From the NCBI RefSeq assembly GCF_009914755.1, contig NC_060947.1: a DNA stretch of 64,000 nt; one strand, given 5' to 3'. The translations under genes and the position numbers were made by a program. The first letter of the stretch is position 1, and every line of letters starts with the position of its first letter. This DNA comes from the human T2T-CHM13v2.0 reference genome, Homo sapiens. Positions 62,060-64,000 of the stretch are shown one piece after another. The notes under the pieces were generated by a model. That model was not told the origin of the DNA. It made no database searches and saw only the letters and a list, made by a program, of their open reading frames with translations.

Positions 62060-63945
62060 CCACTCTGATGACATTCCTTTTGTTGGTGACCTGTTCTTTC
62101 TCTCTAGCTGCCTTTGATATTTTTTCTTTCATCTTGACATTGGAGAATATGATGACCATGTGACTTGGGGATGGTTGTCTTGTACAGTATCTCACAGGGA
62201 TTCTCTGGATTTCCTGAATTTAAATGTTGACCATCCAACAAGGGTGGAGTAATTTTTGTGAATGATACCTTCAAATTTGTTTTCCAAGTTGCTTGTTCTT
62301 TCTCCCTGTCTTTTAGCGATGCCAATAGGTTGCAGGATTGGTCTCACTACATAATCTCAAATTTCTTGGAGGTTTGAGGCATTCTTTTATATTCTTTTTT
62401 CTATATAATTTTTTTCTGACTGAGTTGATTCAGAGAACTAGTTTTCAGGCTCAGAGATTTTTCCTCTGCTGGGTTAATTCTGTTGTTCCTACTTTTAGTT
62501 GTATTATGAGATTCCTTCAGTAAGTTTTTCAGCCTTATCTGTTCTGCTTGGTTCCTTCTTAAAATGGCGATTTCATCTTTCAGCTTTTCTGTCATTTTAT
62601 TGGATTCCTTAGATTCCTTGGATTTGGTTTTGACTTTCTCCTGAATCTCAATGATCTGTGTCCCTATCCAGATTCTAAACTCTCCGTCTCTCATTGTGGC
62701 CATTTCACCCTGCTTTAGAACCATTGCTGGAGAACTAGTGTGGTAGTGAGGAAGGAAGAAGATGCTCTGGTTTTTGGAGTTGCTAGAGTTCTTGTGCTGG
62801 TTCTTTCTTATCTGTGTGGGCTGATGTTCCTTTACTATTTGAAGTTACTAGACCTTGAATGGGTTTTTTATTCTTTTATACTCGTTGAAGCCCTTGAGTG
62901 TTTGACGGTGGTGGGTTCTGTCAAGAGGCTTCATTTCTAGAAGATGTTATGGGCAAAAGCTCAGGTCAGTACTCTTGGGCTGTATGCTCAACGTTTGGGG
63001 ACTGATACGAGGCCCATGTCATTGTTCTCTGTCGCTGTGATGTAAAGCAACTGCTCTGCTAGAGACACCGGGGTGTTCCTTGTCCACTGACAACGACACT
63101 CTGATGGGAGTTGCTGTCTGAAGTGCTTCACTGGGGCAGAAGCAGCAGAGTCTATGCTCAAATGGGCATACCACCAGCAAGAGCAGAATACCACCACCAA
63201 CAAGCATACCACCCAGCTTGTCAATAGATGAAAATATATAAGTTTCCTAAGTATAAAATCAACATGGGAAAAATAAACTTTGTTTTCTTGCAGCAACAAT
63301 GAATATGAAAATAAAGAAAATATAACCTCTAACCTATCATTCCAAACATTAAGTACCTCAAAAAAACTAACCAACAAAATTAAAACATTACAGAAAAACC
63401 ATTAACACGTTATTTAAAAATATTAATGAAGACCGACAGGAACAGAAAATAAATTCATGGGAATGAAGTTTCAATAGTTTTCCTTAAAACGGAATCGATA
63501 GAATAATTGTAATCCCAAATCAAAACAACCGAATGCCTTTGCACGTGAAGGCATCTATGAATCACCTGATTCTAAAATGTAAAGACATGCAAACCGCCAA
63601 GCATAGTCAATACACTCTTGAGAAAGTGCAATTCATCCAACAGATAGTAAGAATTACAAAGGAGCTATTGTATGAAGCGTTGGAGGTCTGGGTGCATGGA
63701 TTAACAGATAGACCAATGGAACTGAATGGAAAGTCCTGAAAAACAAAACCAACAAAACATGTATAAAAGCAAGCTTAATTGATTAAAATGTGTTGCAGCT
63801 TTAGAACTGGAGACTGTCTTGTTGAAATAAGTATCAGTGGAACAACTAAATATCCATATAAAAAACCTTAATGTAAGTGGAACCCTTTTTCATATTATAC
63901 AAAAATGCAATTACAGGGAAATTCAAAACCTACTTTTAAAATGTT
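62060..63945 (+). repeat. Old duplicated block paralogous to 36790-38650 (minus-strand L1 ORF1/5'UTR plus adjacent old L1M)
   Basis: Same junction (caatagatgaaaatatat) and colinear downstream sequence in both copies. Confidence 0.9.
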
Positions 63946-64000
63946 CATTATAATAACTTTGAAAACACAGAAATGCACAGAATAATAAATAAGTCTTTGT

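Overview
This is primate (most likely human) genomic DNA, dominated by L1 retrotransposons and consistent with the X-linked MAGE-C cancer/testis cluster at Xq27 (location inferred from content). It holds two minus-strand MAGE-C-family pseudogenes. One is heavily decayed (~26.5-27.7 kb). The other is a nearly intact MAGEC2-like copy (~51.1-53.9 kb) with its exon structure preserved and only two coding lesions. The rest is L1s of several ages, Alus, MIR/L2, MaLR/ERVL/ERV1 LTRs and microsatellites, plus old paralogous blocks from local duplication. I found no intact protein-coding gene and no evidence for a new biological system; nearly all ORF-track entries are repeat-derived. The most notable structures record retrotransposition events: a 5'-inverted young L1 carrying two serial 3' transductions within one target-site duplication (TSD), a second transduction supported by a paralogous empty site, an internally deleted L1 sitting at a ~1.1 kb gap in its host, and a 225-bp local duplication embedded in a TA microsatellite. 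Repeat subfamily names and MAGE protein comparisons are from memory and need database confirmation.
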